Virus record (IMG/VR): IMGVR_UViG_3300010362_000016 | Location: 9,453 to 73,452 of that record | DNA: 64,000 nt | Reading direction: 5' to 3' (one strand) | Origin: a virus | Lineage: Duplodnaviria > Caudoviricetes | In this document: piece by piece, positions 25,657-35,262 of the stretch | Position numbering within the stretch: position 1 is the first letter of the stretch | Layout: the number at the start of each line of letters is the position of its first letter | Made by a program: the position numbers and the translations under genes | The notes under the pieces: generated by a model | Database searches by the model: none | Seen by the model: only the letters and a program-made list of their open reading frames with translations | Told to the model about the DNA's origin: nothing

Positions 25657-27038
25657 AGGAACTCGACCAGGAAATCGTCACGGGGGCCGGGACCGGAGAG
25701 GTCGAGTGTGAGTTCCTCACCGGGATCGCCGGGAGCGGGAAGACGTTCGAGTGCCGGAGGAGGATCAGGGAAGACCCGGATTATGGGGTCTTGTGCGCGA
25801 CCACCGGGATTGCGGCGGTTAACTTGGGCGAAGGCGTCACGACGTTGAATTCGCTGTTGAGATATTACAACACGGATTCGTTGGAGATGGCTCACCAGAC
25901 CGGAAGGCTGGCTAGAAGGCTGTCGGATCTCGCTCTCGGGGAAGGGGTCAGGAACATCGTGATCGATGAGGTGTCGATGATGGACGCCGAGCAGTTGGAT
26001 CTGATCTATGAGGGGATAGAGAAGTTTAATTATTCGGACCCGGCGAATCTTCTGGGATGGGAGTCGCCGAAGCTGGGGTTGGTTCTGACGGGGGATTTTT
26101 GTCAGTTGCCCCCGGTGAAGGGGAAGTTTGCGTTCGAGGCGGAGTGCTGGGAGAAGTTCGAGGCCAGGACCACGGTGTTGACTAAGTGCTGGAGGCATGC
26201 CGGGGATTCGAGGTTTTTGGAGGGGTTGAATTGTTTCAGGGCTGGGCTTGGGAGGAAGGGCGCGGGGATCTTGGCCGATTGCGGGGTGGGATTCCATTCC
26301 AGCCTGGATGAGGATTTCGAGGGAAGCACGATCATCGCCAGGAATGAGAATGTGGATAACTACAACGACGTCCGGTTGGCTAAGTTAACTACGGAGCCGT
26401 TTACTTTGCGGACTATCCGGTGGCATTCCCCTGACCGGGCTGATGTTAACAACCAATGGAAGTCCATCAAAATCGAATCGACCTACAAGCCCGGGGCGCT
26501 GGTTATGTTACTTGATAATGACTCGGATGGGCAGTTCGTTAATGGGGATTTGGGAAGGGTGGTTGAGTTTAACCGCTCAGATAAAGTAATCATCGTCCGG
26601 CTTCTCCGGACAGGGGAGGATGTTTACGTTTCCCCGATCTGGCGCAGGCATCTCGAAAGGAAAGTTCCTCCTCAGTTCCAGAAGGTGGGCAGTGAGGATT
26701 GGCCTCGGAGCAGGCAGGATTCCCATGCGAGGAGCCCGGAGGACTTGACTTATTTCGATTCGAAGGAGAAGCGCTGGGTTTTGGGGGAGTGTCTGTTTTA
26801 TCCGCTCCGGCTGGCTTGGGCGACCACGGTTCACAAGTCACAAGGTCTTACCTTAGACAAAGTCCAAATTGATCTGAGTCATAACTTTTTCGGCTCGCCG
26901 GGGATGGCGTATGTGGCGCTCTCGCGGTCCAGGACGCCGGAAGGGCTCCGGCTGGTTGGAACCAGGGATCTCCTGGCCTCCCGGGCCCGCCTCGACCGGA
27001 GATGCGCTCCCTGGGTTTCGTCAACCTCGAAAGGCTGA
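25653..27038 (+). CDS. Pif1/RecD-like SF1B helicase
   Basis: LTGIAGSGKT, VIDEVSM, GDFCQLPPV, LAWATTVHKSQGLTLD, YVALSR. Confidence 0.92.
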   Translation: MKELDQEIVTGAGTGEVECEFLTGIAGSGKTFECRRRIREDPDYGVLCATTGIAAVNLGEGVTTLNSLLRYYNTDSLEMAHQTGRLARRLSDLALGEGVRNIVIDEVSMMDAEQLDLIYEGIEKFNYSDPANLLGWESPKLGLVLTGDFCQLPPVKGKFAFEAECWEKFEARTTVLTKCWRHAGDSRFLEGLNCFRAGLGRKGAGILADCGVGFHSSLDEDFEGSTIIARNENVDNYNDVRLAKLTTEPFTLRTIRWHSPDRADVNNQWKSIKIESTYKPGALVMLLDNDSDGQFVNGDLGRVVEFNRSDKVIIVRLLRTGEDVYVSPIWRRHLERKVPPQFQKVGSEDWPRSRQDSHARSPEDLTYFDSKEKRWVLGECLFYPLRLAWATTVHKSQGLTLDKVQIDLSHNFFGSPGMAYVALSRSRTPEGLRLVGTRDLLASRARLDRRCAPWVSSTSKG

Positions 27039-27039
27039 A

Positions 27040-27282
27040 ATGTTCCACCTTCCACGCTGCGGGGATTGTTTGTTCTACGCCGAGAGTTCCCGGCTCCTCG
27101 AACTGGAGAAGCTGGGCCCCGGCACGGTCGCCACGGGGCACTGTCATAGATATCCGCCGCAGGTCCTCCTCGACAGGCCGGATTGTTTCCCCGAGGTCAG
27201 GGTGGAGGATTACTGCGGGGAGTTCGTCTACAGCCCGCCAGACAACGAAGGAAAGGATGAAGGGAAGCACCATGGAGTTTAG
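27040..27282 (+). CDS. small Cys-motif phage protein
   Basis: CGDCLFY...CHRYPP...FPEV...CGEF. Confidence 0.7.
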   Translation: MFHLPRCGDCLFYAESSRLLELEKLGPGTVATGHCHRYPPQVLLDRPDCFPEVRVEDYCGEFVYSPPDNEGKDEGKHHGV

Positions 27283-27463
27283 AGCGGCTTCCAACCGGAC
27301 TATCGAAGGCCACGGAACAAACTTCTTCAGCCGCGACCGGCTGCGGGCCGAGGCCTGGGCCCAACGCGAAGCCAAGGACGGCTTCGAAGTGGTCGTATTC
27401 GAAGTCCGCGAGGTCGAAGTTTCCAGATTTAGCCCTGACCAGAAGAAGGAGGATTCCAAATGA
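27272..27463 (+). CDS. hypothetical protein
   Basis: coupled ORF. Confidence 0.5.
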   Translation: MEFRAASNRTIEGHGTNFFSRDRLRAEAWAQREAKDGFEVVVFEVREVEVSRFSPDQKKEDSK

Positions 27464-27491
27464 TCATCCCGTTTGCCGGGAGAGAAAGAAG

Positions 27492-28016
27492 ATGACCGAA
27501 CAGCGAAACAAAAAGCGCATGGCGCACGCGAAGCGGTTGTGGGATGGTCTTATGAGTCTGGCTGATCAGGAACAACCGGTAAGCCTGCGTGACGCTGCCA
27601 GAGCGTTCGGGCTGAGCGCATCTACAAGCCGCACCAGAGACATTCTGCAATTCTTCAATGTCATCCCTGGCATTCAGATTGAGAGCGTGGCGAACCCCAT
27701 GGGCGTTAAGGGACCGGGCTATAGAACGCTTTACAGGATAACGACAGAGCCAGTGGTGCGGTTGCTTTGGGACAGGTGCTTGGCTGCGTCTCCAACGGCT
27801 GAATCCAGTCGTGACTTTTACGCTAGGCTTCGCCGGGAGATCGCCATTCGCAGGAAAGAGGCATATGACAAACGGTTCGGCAAGTGGACGCCGGATAATA
27901 CCGCCAAGGTGGATTTGCATGACATCCTCAATTACATCGAGGAAGAACTAGACAAGTTCAATTCGGGCCTATCCGTCAAAGGACGAGAGAACGCCGGTAC
28001 AACGATGGCTTCTTAG
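27492..28016 (+). CDS. hypothetical protein, possible winged-helix
   Basis: VSLRDAARAFGLSASTSRTRDIL. Confidence 0.55.
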   Translation: MTEQRNKKRMAHAKRLWDGLMSLADQEQPVSLRDAARAFGLSASTSRTRDILQFFNVIPGIQIESVANPMGVKGPGYRTLYRITTEPVVRLLWDRCLAASPTAESSRDFYARLRREIAIRRKEAYDKRFGKWTPDNTAKVDLHDILNYIEEELDKFNSGLSVKGRENAGTTMAS

Positions 28017-28027
28017 CCAGGAAGGAC

Positions 28028-28924
28028 ATGTCACACATGATAGATAAAATCAAAGGGGAACTAATCCCACTTACAAGGGAACTGGCGATCCGGTTCTCGC
28101 AAATGAAACCAATGCCGGGAGAACGTGCTAAACGCGGATCTCGGCTGAAATACTTCAACCACAAGTTACGCGCCGGGGATTTCTTATCTCCAACATGGGC
28201 CGTCGCAATAGTAAATGGCGAAGAATATAGAGCGGACGGGCAGCATACATCAACGGCCTTGGCGACGTGCTCAGAGGAACTATTCCCTGACAACATAGGG
28301 GTTACGATCAACACTTACCGGCTGGATTCAATGGCTGACGCTCCCACACTTTTCGAGACCTTCGACAATCCCATCTCCGCCAGAAGTAATACGGACAAAC
28401 TCGGTGTCTACGTGGCACATCACCAAGAGTTCCTGGAGGTAGATAGAACTTATCTCAGTAGAGTGAGTCGCGGCATCGATTATTATTACCGGGATTTAGC
28501 CAAGGAAGCAGACTCACAACGTCAGCTTACACTTTGGTCCGCCCGCGACCATGGTCTTTACTTTGAACAAGGGCCGCATCGGCAGTTCGCCATTTGGCTC
28601 CACTCCTGGCGGCAATCGCACCACGTCTGGATGATCGGTAAGCCAGGAATCGTCGCGGAAATTTTCGCTGATTGGTTGAGTTATCCCATCATGGCCGAGC
28701 GTTTCTGGGGTGAGGTGTTTACCGAGAGCAACCCCGACTCCGAGGACGACACACGAGAACTCTCGCGGGTCCTAAAGGAATGGTCAAAACGCCCGACGCG
28801 CATGAAGCAGGACAAGTATCGCGCCAAGGCTCACAAGATTTGGGATCGATATAAGCGGTTATTCAATACTACTCCCAAGCCGGGTGATGCACCAGCGCCG
28901 CCGACGGAAGAGCAAGCCGCCTGA
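28028..28924 (+). CDS. ParB/Srx-like DGQHR-type domain protein
   Basis: YRADGQHTSTAL motif. Confidence 0.65.
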   Translation: MSHMIDKIKGELIPLTRELAIRFSQMKPMPGERAKRGSRLKYFNHKLRAGDFLSPTWAVAIVNGEEYRADGQHTSTALATCSEELFPDNIGVTINTYRLDSMADAPTLFETFDNPISARSNTDKLGVYVAHHQEFLEVDRTYLSRVSRGIDYYYRDLAKEADSQRQLTLWSARDHGLYFEQGPHRQFAIWLHSWRQSHHVWMIGKPGIVAEIFADWLSYPIMAERFWGEVFTESNPDSEDDTRELSRVLKEWSKRPTRMKQDKYRAKAHKIWDRYKRLFNTTPKPGDAPAPPTEEQAA

Positions 28925-28933
28925 TAATCCACC

Positions 28934-29335
28934 ATGGTTACCGAACTCCCTGACGGCGGGTTGAAATGCTCCTGCGGGGCCACGGCCAAGCCCAAGGACC
29001 GGGGCAGGTTCAAAAAACGCCACCCCTCGGCCTGCTCTGCGGCAGCGAAAGAACGGAAAATCCGCGAGGAGTTCAGCGTCGCCCTCGCCCAGGACGTCCG
29101 CTCCGTCGTCAACTCCGTCACCGAAGTCCCTGACCTGCTCGACCAGATCGACGCAGCGGGCTCCTGCCTCACCAAATGGGAAAAGGAATTCATCGAATCC
29201 GTCCAGGATCAATACGACCGGCGCGGTGACCTAAGCGAACGCCAAATCCAGGTGCTAAGAAACATCTCCAAAAAGCTCCCAACCAAACACCAACTTGACG
29301 CATTAATCAACCCCGCCAGGAAGCCATCGTCATGA
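28934..29335 (+). CDS. hypothetical protein
   Basis: CSCG; LTKWEKEFIESV...LSERQ motif. Confidence 0.65.
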   Translation: MVTELPDGGLKCSCGATAKPKDRGRFKKRHPSACSAAAKERKIREEFSVALAQDVRSVVNSVTEVPDLLDQIDAAGSCLTKWEKEFIESVQDQYDRRGDLSERQIQVLRNISKKLPTKHQLDALINPARKPSS

Positions 29336-30264
29336 AAGTCATCTTCGTAAAGGACCTGACCAAAGAATCCGGGATCGTCTCCGAAATGTTCCAGGTCTCC
29401 CAAGTCGAAACCAGAATCCTCAGCAACCAGGAAGACAAACGTTATCTCAAGCTGAAGCTCCGCGACCGAACCGGCGAGATCGAAGCCCGGCTTTGGGACA
29501 TCCCAGTTGGCCTTCTCGTTAACAAAGGCGACGTCATCCGGGTCAGATCCGAGGTCGTCCTCTACCACGACGAACTCCAGTTGAAACTCCTGGAAGTGAA
29601 GTTCCCCGCGCCGCCGGAGATCCGGATCGAGGATTACATCCCTTCGTCCTCCCGGGATCGGCAGCAAATGCTGGATGAGTTGGATCGCAGAATCGATGGA
29701 ATCCTCAACGTCGCCCTCCGGGAAGCAGTGAAGCAACTAGTCCAGTGGAAGCGGGAAAAGCTGAGGGACGCCCCGGCGGCGAAGGGAAATCATCAAGCCT
29801 ACCTGGGAGGCCTCCTTGAACATATCCTCCGGCTTTGCCGGTTGGTTGACGTGGTCTGTTGCATTTACCGAGATCTGGATCGCGACATTCTGCTCACCGG
29901 AGCAATCGTGCATGACATCGGCAAAGTTGAAGAACTCCAGTGGTCCGTCGCCCTTGGCTACAGTAAAAAAGGCGCATTAGTCGGTCACATCGTCCAGGGT
30001 TCTGCGATGTGGGAGAACGTAAGCTCCTACGTTGACGAAAACGTCCGGATTCACGTCGAACATATCATCGCCAGTCACCACGGCCAGCTAGATTGGGGCG
30101 CGGCGGTCCTCCCCATGACCAGGGAAGCCATGGTGTTTCACCTCCTCGACATGATCGATTCCAAATACGAGATGTACACCAACGCCGTTTCAGCAGGAGT
30201 GGATGAGGATGGATTTACTCCATGGAATTCGAAGTTGGAAACGAGAGTCTGGAACGGCCTTTAG
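29332..30264 (+). CDS. yhaM: YhaM/Cbf1-like OB-fold plus HD-domain 3'-5' exonuclease
   Basis: YLKLKLRDRTGEIEARLWD; HQAYLGGLLEH, VHDIGKVEE, IASHHG, LDMIDSK. Confidence 0.88.
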   Translation: MKVIFVKDLTKESGIVSEMFQVSQVETRILSNQEDKRYLKLKLRDRTGEIEARLWDIPVGLLVNKGDVIRVRSEVVLYHDELQLKLLEVKFPAPPEIRIEDYIPSSSRDRQQMLDELDRRIDGILNVALREAVKQLVQWKREKLRDAPAAKGNHQAYLGGLLEHILRLCRLVDVVCCIYRDLDRDILLTGAIVHDIGKVEELQWSVALGYSKKGALVGHIVQGSAMWENVSSYVDENVRIHVEHIIASHHGQLDWGAAVLPMTREAMVFHLLDMIDSKYEMYTNAVSAGVDEDGFTPWNSKLETRVWNGL

Positions 30265-30281
30265 AAAAGGAGAAAGGAGAA

Positions 30282-30431
30282 ATGAAAATGGTTACGGTCA
30301 GAATGATTTTGTTGATCATTGCGGTGTTGTTGTTGTTGCTGGATGGGTTGGGAGTGAAGGCTCCCAGGGTCAACCTTCAGTCGCTGGGGTTGATGTGTGC
30401 GGTCCTGGCGATGACGCTCGTGGGAGTGTGA
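30282..30431 (+). CDS. small membrane protein (49 aa)
   Basis: AAGGAG RBS; two hydrophobic segments. Confidence 0.6.
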   Translation: MKMVTVRMILLIIAVLLLLLDGLGVKAPRVNLQSLGLMCAVLAMTLVGV

Positions 30432-30856
30432 CGACGACGAAGATGGCGAAGATTCTGAAGATGAGGCAGACGGAGTATCCCCCTGGGGATGCGATTCATG
30501 TGGTCGCCAGGGGGACTCTCACGCTGGGGCAGATCAGCAAGTCGAAAGGAATCTACTCGACACAGAAGACTTCGATTTACAAGGATCAGGTGAGCTTCAT
30601 TGGAAAGGAGTGGGATTTGGTTTGGAAATTAGCTGAGCAGTTCAAGGTGAAGTTGAGGATGATCGATGTCGCGTATTTGGATGGGAGATATAAGATCACG
30701 GTGGAGAGAGCGAAGAAGGTGATGGTTAGCAGGCAGGAGTATAACGCTGGGTTTGTGGAAGGAGGGGTGTTTATTCCGTTGGGGAGTTTTACGAAGACGG
30801 GGAAGATGGAGGACGGGAAGGAGATTATTTTGGCGTTGGATGATGAGGTGGGTTAA
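30428..30856 (+). CDS. hypothetical protein
   Basis: GTGA overlap upstream, TAATG coupling downstream. Confidence 0.6.
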   Translation: MTTTKMAKILKMRQTEYPPGDAIHVVARGTLTLGQISKSKGIYSTQKTSIYKDQVSFIGKEWDLVWKLAEQFKVKLRMIDVAYLDGRYKITVERAKKVMVSRQEYNAGFVEGGVFIPLGSFTKTGKMEDGKEIILALDDEVG

Positions 30857-31677
30857 TGAACGTCGAGATACAGATATTTAATATTGGACGGACGATGGTG
30901 GATCGGGAGCAGGTGAGGCTTTGGTTGAATTGGTTGAATGTCAACCAGTATGAGATTCCTGGGGAGGATGTGGTGAGTGATCCGGCGTTGCTGGTGGCCC
31001 TGGCAGCGAAGCGGTGTTATATGTCGTTCGAGCCGGGGTTAAATCCGAATGTCACGAAGATCAGATCGAGCATGGTTGATTATCTGGATAATATCCTGGC
31101 TTCGGGACATGGGTCAGTGCTGGAGCATGCGGTTTATAGCTTTGCGATTGAGGGGGTTTCGAGGGTGTTTACGGGGGAGATGAATAGACATCGGGCTGGG
31201 TGGGCGATCTCGGAAGGGTCGATGAGGTTCATCCGGTTTGACAGGGATATTCCTTGGTGGATGCCGATGTCGCTCCGAGGGGAAAAAGAAGATGACATCG
31301 ATTTGAGCTTGAGGAAGTCGGTGAGTCAGGAGATTTTTAAGAAGGCCTTCAATCAGATGAAGGAGAACTATTCGGAGTTGCTGAAGGTCTGGGATATGGA
31401 GGAGGGTCATCATAACTTCCGGTATAAGAAGAGGGTTACTTCGTGTTTGAGGAGGATTATTGGGATGGGGGTGGCGACCGGGGGTGTGTGGACCGGGAAT
31501 ATTCGGGCGTTGAGACATGTGATTGCTCTCAGAGGCGACGAAGCTAGTGCGGAGGAGGAGATTTTTCATGTGTTTTCCAGGGTGGGGAAGATCATGTTCG
31601 AGAAGGAAGGGATGATGTTCAGGGATTTTAAGCAGGATGAGAGAGGTTCGTGGGTTCCGGGGTATAGGAAGGTTTAA
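30856..31677 (+). CDS. thyX: flavin-dependent thymidylate synthase
   Basis: GHGSVLEH, GVSR, RHRAGWAISEGSMR (RHR-x-SxR motif). Confidence 0.93.
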   Translation: MNVEIQIFNIGRTMVDREQVRLWLNWLNVNQYEIPGEDVVSDPALLVALAAKRCYMSFEPGLNPNVTKIRSSMVDYLDNILASGHGSVLEHAVYSFAIEGVSRVFTGEMNRHRAGWAISEGSMRFIRFDRDIPWWMPMSLRGEKEDDIDLSLRKSVSQEIFKKAFNQMKENYSELLKVWDMEEGHHNFRYKKRVTSCLRRIIGMGVATGGVWTGNIRALRHVIALRGDEASAEEEIFHVFSRVGKIMFEKEGMMFRDFKQDERGSWVPGYRKV

Positions 31678-31695
31678 GCCATCAGGGAATAGTCG

Positions 31696-34600
31696 ATGAT
31701 CACGGATGATGGGTTGAATTTTGTTGGGCCTCCCGGGTACAGGGCCGGGGAGTTGGTGGCCAAGATGGCTCCCGAGGGGAGTGGAATCAGTAAGGTGTTG
31801 GTGATGGCCGAGGCCCTGGGGGAGCACGAGGCGTTGGATAGGTTGCCGCTCAGGCCGTATGCTGAAGCCGGGAGTGTGTTTCAGAATGTGCTGCGGCACG
31901 CCAGGGTTGAGAGAGGGACGCTGGCGATCAGTAACTTGTGTTGGTATCGGCCCCCGAGGAATTGGCTGGAGGGTTCGCCCTGGCAATCGGATGCGATTCA
32001 GCTTTGTCGTCCGCTGAACGATGAGTTAATCGAGAAGGTCAGGCCGAAGGCCATCCTGGCCTTGGGCGGCATGGCTTTTCGGGAGTTGACCGGCCTTGGA
32101 GGAGAGAAGCAAGGGATTGAGATGTGCCGGGGGTTCATCGTCCCTTCGATCAAGGAGAGGGTGACGTGGACCCGGGACGAGGGCGGGGCCCTGCGGCCTG
32201 TCATGGGGTTGGTCCCATGGGATTCGGTGCCGGTCGTGGGGACTTACCATCCGAGCTTCCTCCGCCGTGGGGCCAAGGAACGCGAGAAGGGCGGTGGCGA
32301 GGCCGCTCAGGGCCGCACCGTGGCGGCTGGGGGCGGCACCCAGGGCATGAACCTCCTCGGGGTCCTCATCCGCGATCTAAAGCTCTGCTTCGAAATCGTC
32401 CGCAGCGGCGTTCCCAAATTCGAATACTCGGATTACAAGCTGGAAGCTACATTAGCCGACTGGAAGCAGGCCCTCGAATATCTCCGGGCCCACCCCAGGC
32501 TACCCATCAGCTACGACTTCGAAACTCTCGACTCCCTTGTCAGGGAATCCGAAGAAGACGCCGAACATATCAAGCGCGACGTAACCCAGGTTCAAATTTC
32601 CTGGATGATCGGTCAGGCCCTCGTCAGCACGTGGTTCTCCGATTTACTTCCTGTGCTGCGGGAAATCCTCCAGCTACCCAACCCGAAGGTCGATTGGAAC
32701 GGCAGAAAGTTCGACCGGCCCATTTGCCGGGAGATGGCCATCCGCTGCGACATCGGGGAGTGGATCGACCTCATGGATCTGTGGCACCACGCCCAGCCGG
32801 ATTTACCCAGGGGACTGCAATTCGCGACCAGCTTCGTCTGCCCTGAAGTTGGTCCGTGGAAGCACTTCGCCATCAGCGATGCTCTCCGGTATGGAGCATA
32901 TGACGTCGATATGCCCCAGAGGATTCTGGCCGGGCTCCAGCGGTCGCTCAGCCTCATCCGTGACTCCAATTCAGGAATGTCCCTTTGGGGCGACGGTCGC
33001 TACGCCGGGTTCACCGGGCAGGTCCTCCGGCTGTCTCCCGTCCTCGATGGAATGACCGCCCGAGGCATCCCGGTCGATGAGGATCGCAGATCCAAACTCG
33101 ACGAGGAATTTTCCCGCACCTTAGGTCGAGTCCACTACGCCGATTATCTCCGGGACCACAACCTCCCCGAACTAACCAACGAGGAACTCAACAAAATCGA
33201 AGGCATCTCGGATCGGTTGCAGGGCCTCATCCCCGATGAGGTGAAGAGCGTCGATCCCCCCAAGGGATATAAAAATCGACCGAAGGAACTCAGCCGGGAG
33301 TGTTCAACCTGCGCAGGGAAAAAACTCGTCACCAACCCCGAGTGGAAGCCCCGGCGGATCAAGGGCAAGCGAAAGCTCAAGGAAGTCGTCTCGGAGAAAT
33401 TCGAGTTCCCTTCTTCCGTAGACGAGTTCGTCGAATTGATCGTCGAGAGCGTCGATTTGAGCTTGATCCCAGCGATGGCCGAGACGACCGAGGAGAAGAT
33501 CCCGAAAAGGATTCGCTGCGGGAGTTGTGAAGGTGAAGGAAGGATCAACCTGAGGGAAGCGGAGCTTCCCGAAGGCTGGGTCCGGCGAAACTTCGACGAC
33601 GAGGAGAAGTGCGAGTGCGTGAAGGCCGCGAATCAAGCCATCGCCCGGGCGAAGAGGGAATCCAAAAAAGCCCTCAAGGTCCTCGTGAAAGCAGCAGCCG
33701 TGATCGGCCCGGGCGACGGGCCGAAGCCCGTCGCTGATTCTGATTTTGCCCGTCCGCCCAAAGCCGATTGGACCGGGCTTCTCCACTGTCCAAAATGCGG
33801 CGGCACCGGCAAGGTCAAAATCACCGAGCAACGCTGGTCCAGGCTCGCTCCGTTTTTGCCCAACGGCTCCGCCCAGGTTCTCCGGTATATCCGGTTCAAA
33901 TTCGCCGAGGAGAGCCAGCAGCTAAATCAAAAATTCCTGGAGAACCCCCCGGCCAAGACGACCATGGAGGAGTTCGTCGAGCGCCGCCGGAAGTGGATCG
34001 TCCCCACGGATTATAAGACCGGAGCCGAAACCAGCGGCGAAGCTGAACTTCGAAGGTTAGCTAGTCGAACGGCTGATCCGGTCCTGCCGATGATCCTCGA
34101 ATTCCGCGAGGTCGCCAAGCTTCGCGGCACTTACGTCAAGGGCTGGACTCCTTCCAATGTTCAACAATTCCTCGATCCCGAAACCAACCTCATCCGCAGA
34201 ATCGGACGGGTTCATCCCACATTCGGGTTTCGTCCGGCCACCGGACAGCTAAGTAGCGAGAACCCCAACGCGCAGAATTTCCCTTCGCACTCTGAACTTT
34301 CCCACGCCATGTTGAAGATGATTTCCTCGCGGCCCAGGTTCAGGATGGTGAAGTTCGATTACAAAAGCTTCCACGCGATCACGGCGGGGTTCGAGGCGAA
34401 GGATGTGGATTGGATCAGGATTGCCCGAGTCGATATTCATTCGTTCTTGACGCTGGTGGGGTTGGTTAAAGCAGAGAAGCCCGAGGTGGCGTTCGGGTGG
34501 GATCAACCGGAATTAAAAGATCGGTTGAAGTGGTGGCGAAAGCAGGACCGGCTTTATTCGGCGTATGCGAGGCAGAAACATCCGGCAGGGATGACGTTCG

Positions 34601-35250
34601 GGGAGATTCGGGATGAGATCGCTAAGCGGGTGGTTTATGGATGGGAGTTCGGGCAGGGAGATCGTTCGCTTTATATGTTGAATCCCGAGTCGTTCACTTC
34701 CGTGGCGGAGGCGGGGAAATTCCAGGGTGAACTGGTGAGGTTGTTTTCAAAGATTGAGCGATGGCAGGGGGACGTCAGGTTGGAGGCGGACAGGAATCAT
34801 TGTTTGACGTCGAGGTATGGGTATATCCGGAGATTCTGGGAGGTTTTTTCTCATCGGAGGGTGAAGGAGAATTACGAACCCAGGCGAGGTGAGGCGCTTT
34901 ATTTGGATGGGAGAGGGGATCGGTGGGTGAGGAAGCCTGGAGCGGATCACGAGGCCGTGGTGGCGTTCCGACCGGCGAATGATGCTTTTGGAATGAAGCG
35001 GGCGGCTCAGGTCAAAATCGCGGAGCAAGGTCTCGACGAGAAGTACGGTTTGATCTGCGACGTGCATGACGATATCCGGTTCGAGTGTCCTTCGGAGTTC
35101 CTGGATGAGATGTTGCCGGTGGTAAAGGGGATCATGGAGGAGAAGTCGCCTTACCTAGTGGATGCGGTGGTTGCTCCGGAGGGATTGTGGTGCGGAGTTG
35201 AGGGAGCCGTGGGGGCGGATTGGGATTGCTTGGAGAAAATTGAGATATAA
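31696..35250 (+). CDS. polA: family A DNA polymerase with N-terminal UDG-like domain, 3'-5' exonuclease and Zn-finger insertion
   Basis: UDG: AEALGEHE, RPPRN, YHPS; Exo: YDFET, WNGRKFD, YGAYD; Pol: TGQLSSENPNAQN, FDYKSFH, AKRVVYG, VHDD. Confidence 0.92.
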   Translation: MITDDGLNFVGPPGYRAGELVAKMAPEGSGISKVLVMAEALGEHEALDRLPLRPYAEAGSVFQNVLRHARVERGTLAISNLCWYRPPRNWLEGSPWQSDAIQLCRPLNDELIEKVRPKAILALGGMAFRELTGLGGEKQGIEMCRGFIVPSIKERVTWTRDEGGALRPVMGLVPWDSVPVVGTYHPSFLRRGAKEREKGGGEAAQGRTVAAGGGTQGMNLLGVLIRDLKLCFEIVRSGVPKFEYSDYKLEATLADWKQALEYLRAHPRLPISYDFETLDSLVRESEEDAEHIKRDVTQVQISWMIGQALVSTWFSDLLPVLREILQLPNPKVDWNGRKFDRPICREMAIRCDIGEWIDLMDLWHHAQPDLPRGLQFATSFVCPEVGPWKHFAISDALRYGAYDVDMPQRILAGLQRSLSLIRDSNSGMSLWGDGRYAGFTGQVLRLSPVLDGMTARGIPVDEDRRSKLDEEFSRTLGRVHYADYLRDHNLPELTNEELNKIEGISDRLQGLIPDEVKSVDPPKGYKNRPKELSRECSTCAGKKLVTNPEWKPRRIKGKRKLKEVVSEKFEFPSSVDEFVELIVESVDLSLIPAMAETTEEKIPKRIRCGSCEGEGRINLREAELPEGWVRRNFDDEEKCECVKAANQAIARAKRESKKALKVLVKAAAVIGPGDGPKPVADSDFARPPKADWTGLLHCPKCGGTGKVKITEQRWSRLAPFLPNGSAQVLRYIRFKFAEESQQLNQKFLENPPAKTTMEEFVERRRKWIVPTDYKTGAETSGEAELRRLASRTADPVLPMILEFREVAKLRGTYVKGWTPSNVQQFLDPETNLIRRIGRVHPTFGFRPATGQLSSENPNAQNFPSHSELSHAMLKMISSRPRFRMVKFDYKSFHAITAGFEAKDVDWIRIARVDIHSFLTLVGLVKAEKPEVAFGWDQPELKDRLKWWRKQDRLYSAYARQKHPAGMTFGEIRDEIAKRVVYGWEFGQGDRSLYMLNPESFTSVAEAGKFQGELVRLFSKIERWQGDVRLEADRNHCLTSRYGYIRRFWEVFSHRRVKENYEPRRGEALYLDGRGDRWVRKPGADHEAVVAFRPANDAFGMKRAAQVKIAEQGLDEKYGLICDVHDDIRFECPSEFLDEMLPVVKGIMEEKSPYLVDAVVAPEGLWCGVEGAVGADWDCLEKIEI

Positions 35251-35262
35251 GGAGGTGGATGT

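Noticed and set aside
4547-28924. PAPS-reductase (DndC-like) plus DGQHR (DndB-like) as a phosphorothioation system
   Set aside because: 23 kb apart in different transcription units; no DndA/D/E; both families occur singly in phages
30282-30431. Small membrane protein as holin
   Set aside because: Lies in the replication operon with no endolysin nearby; function left unassigned
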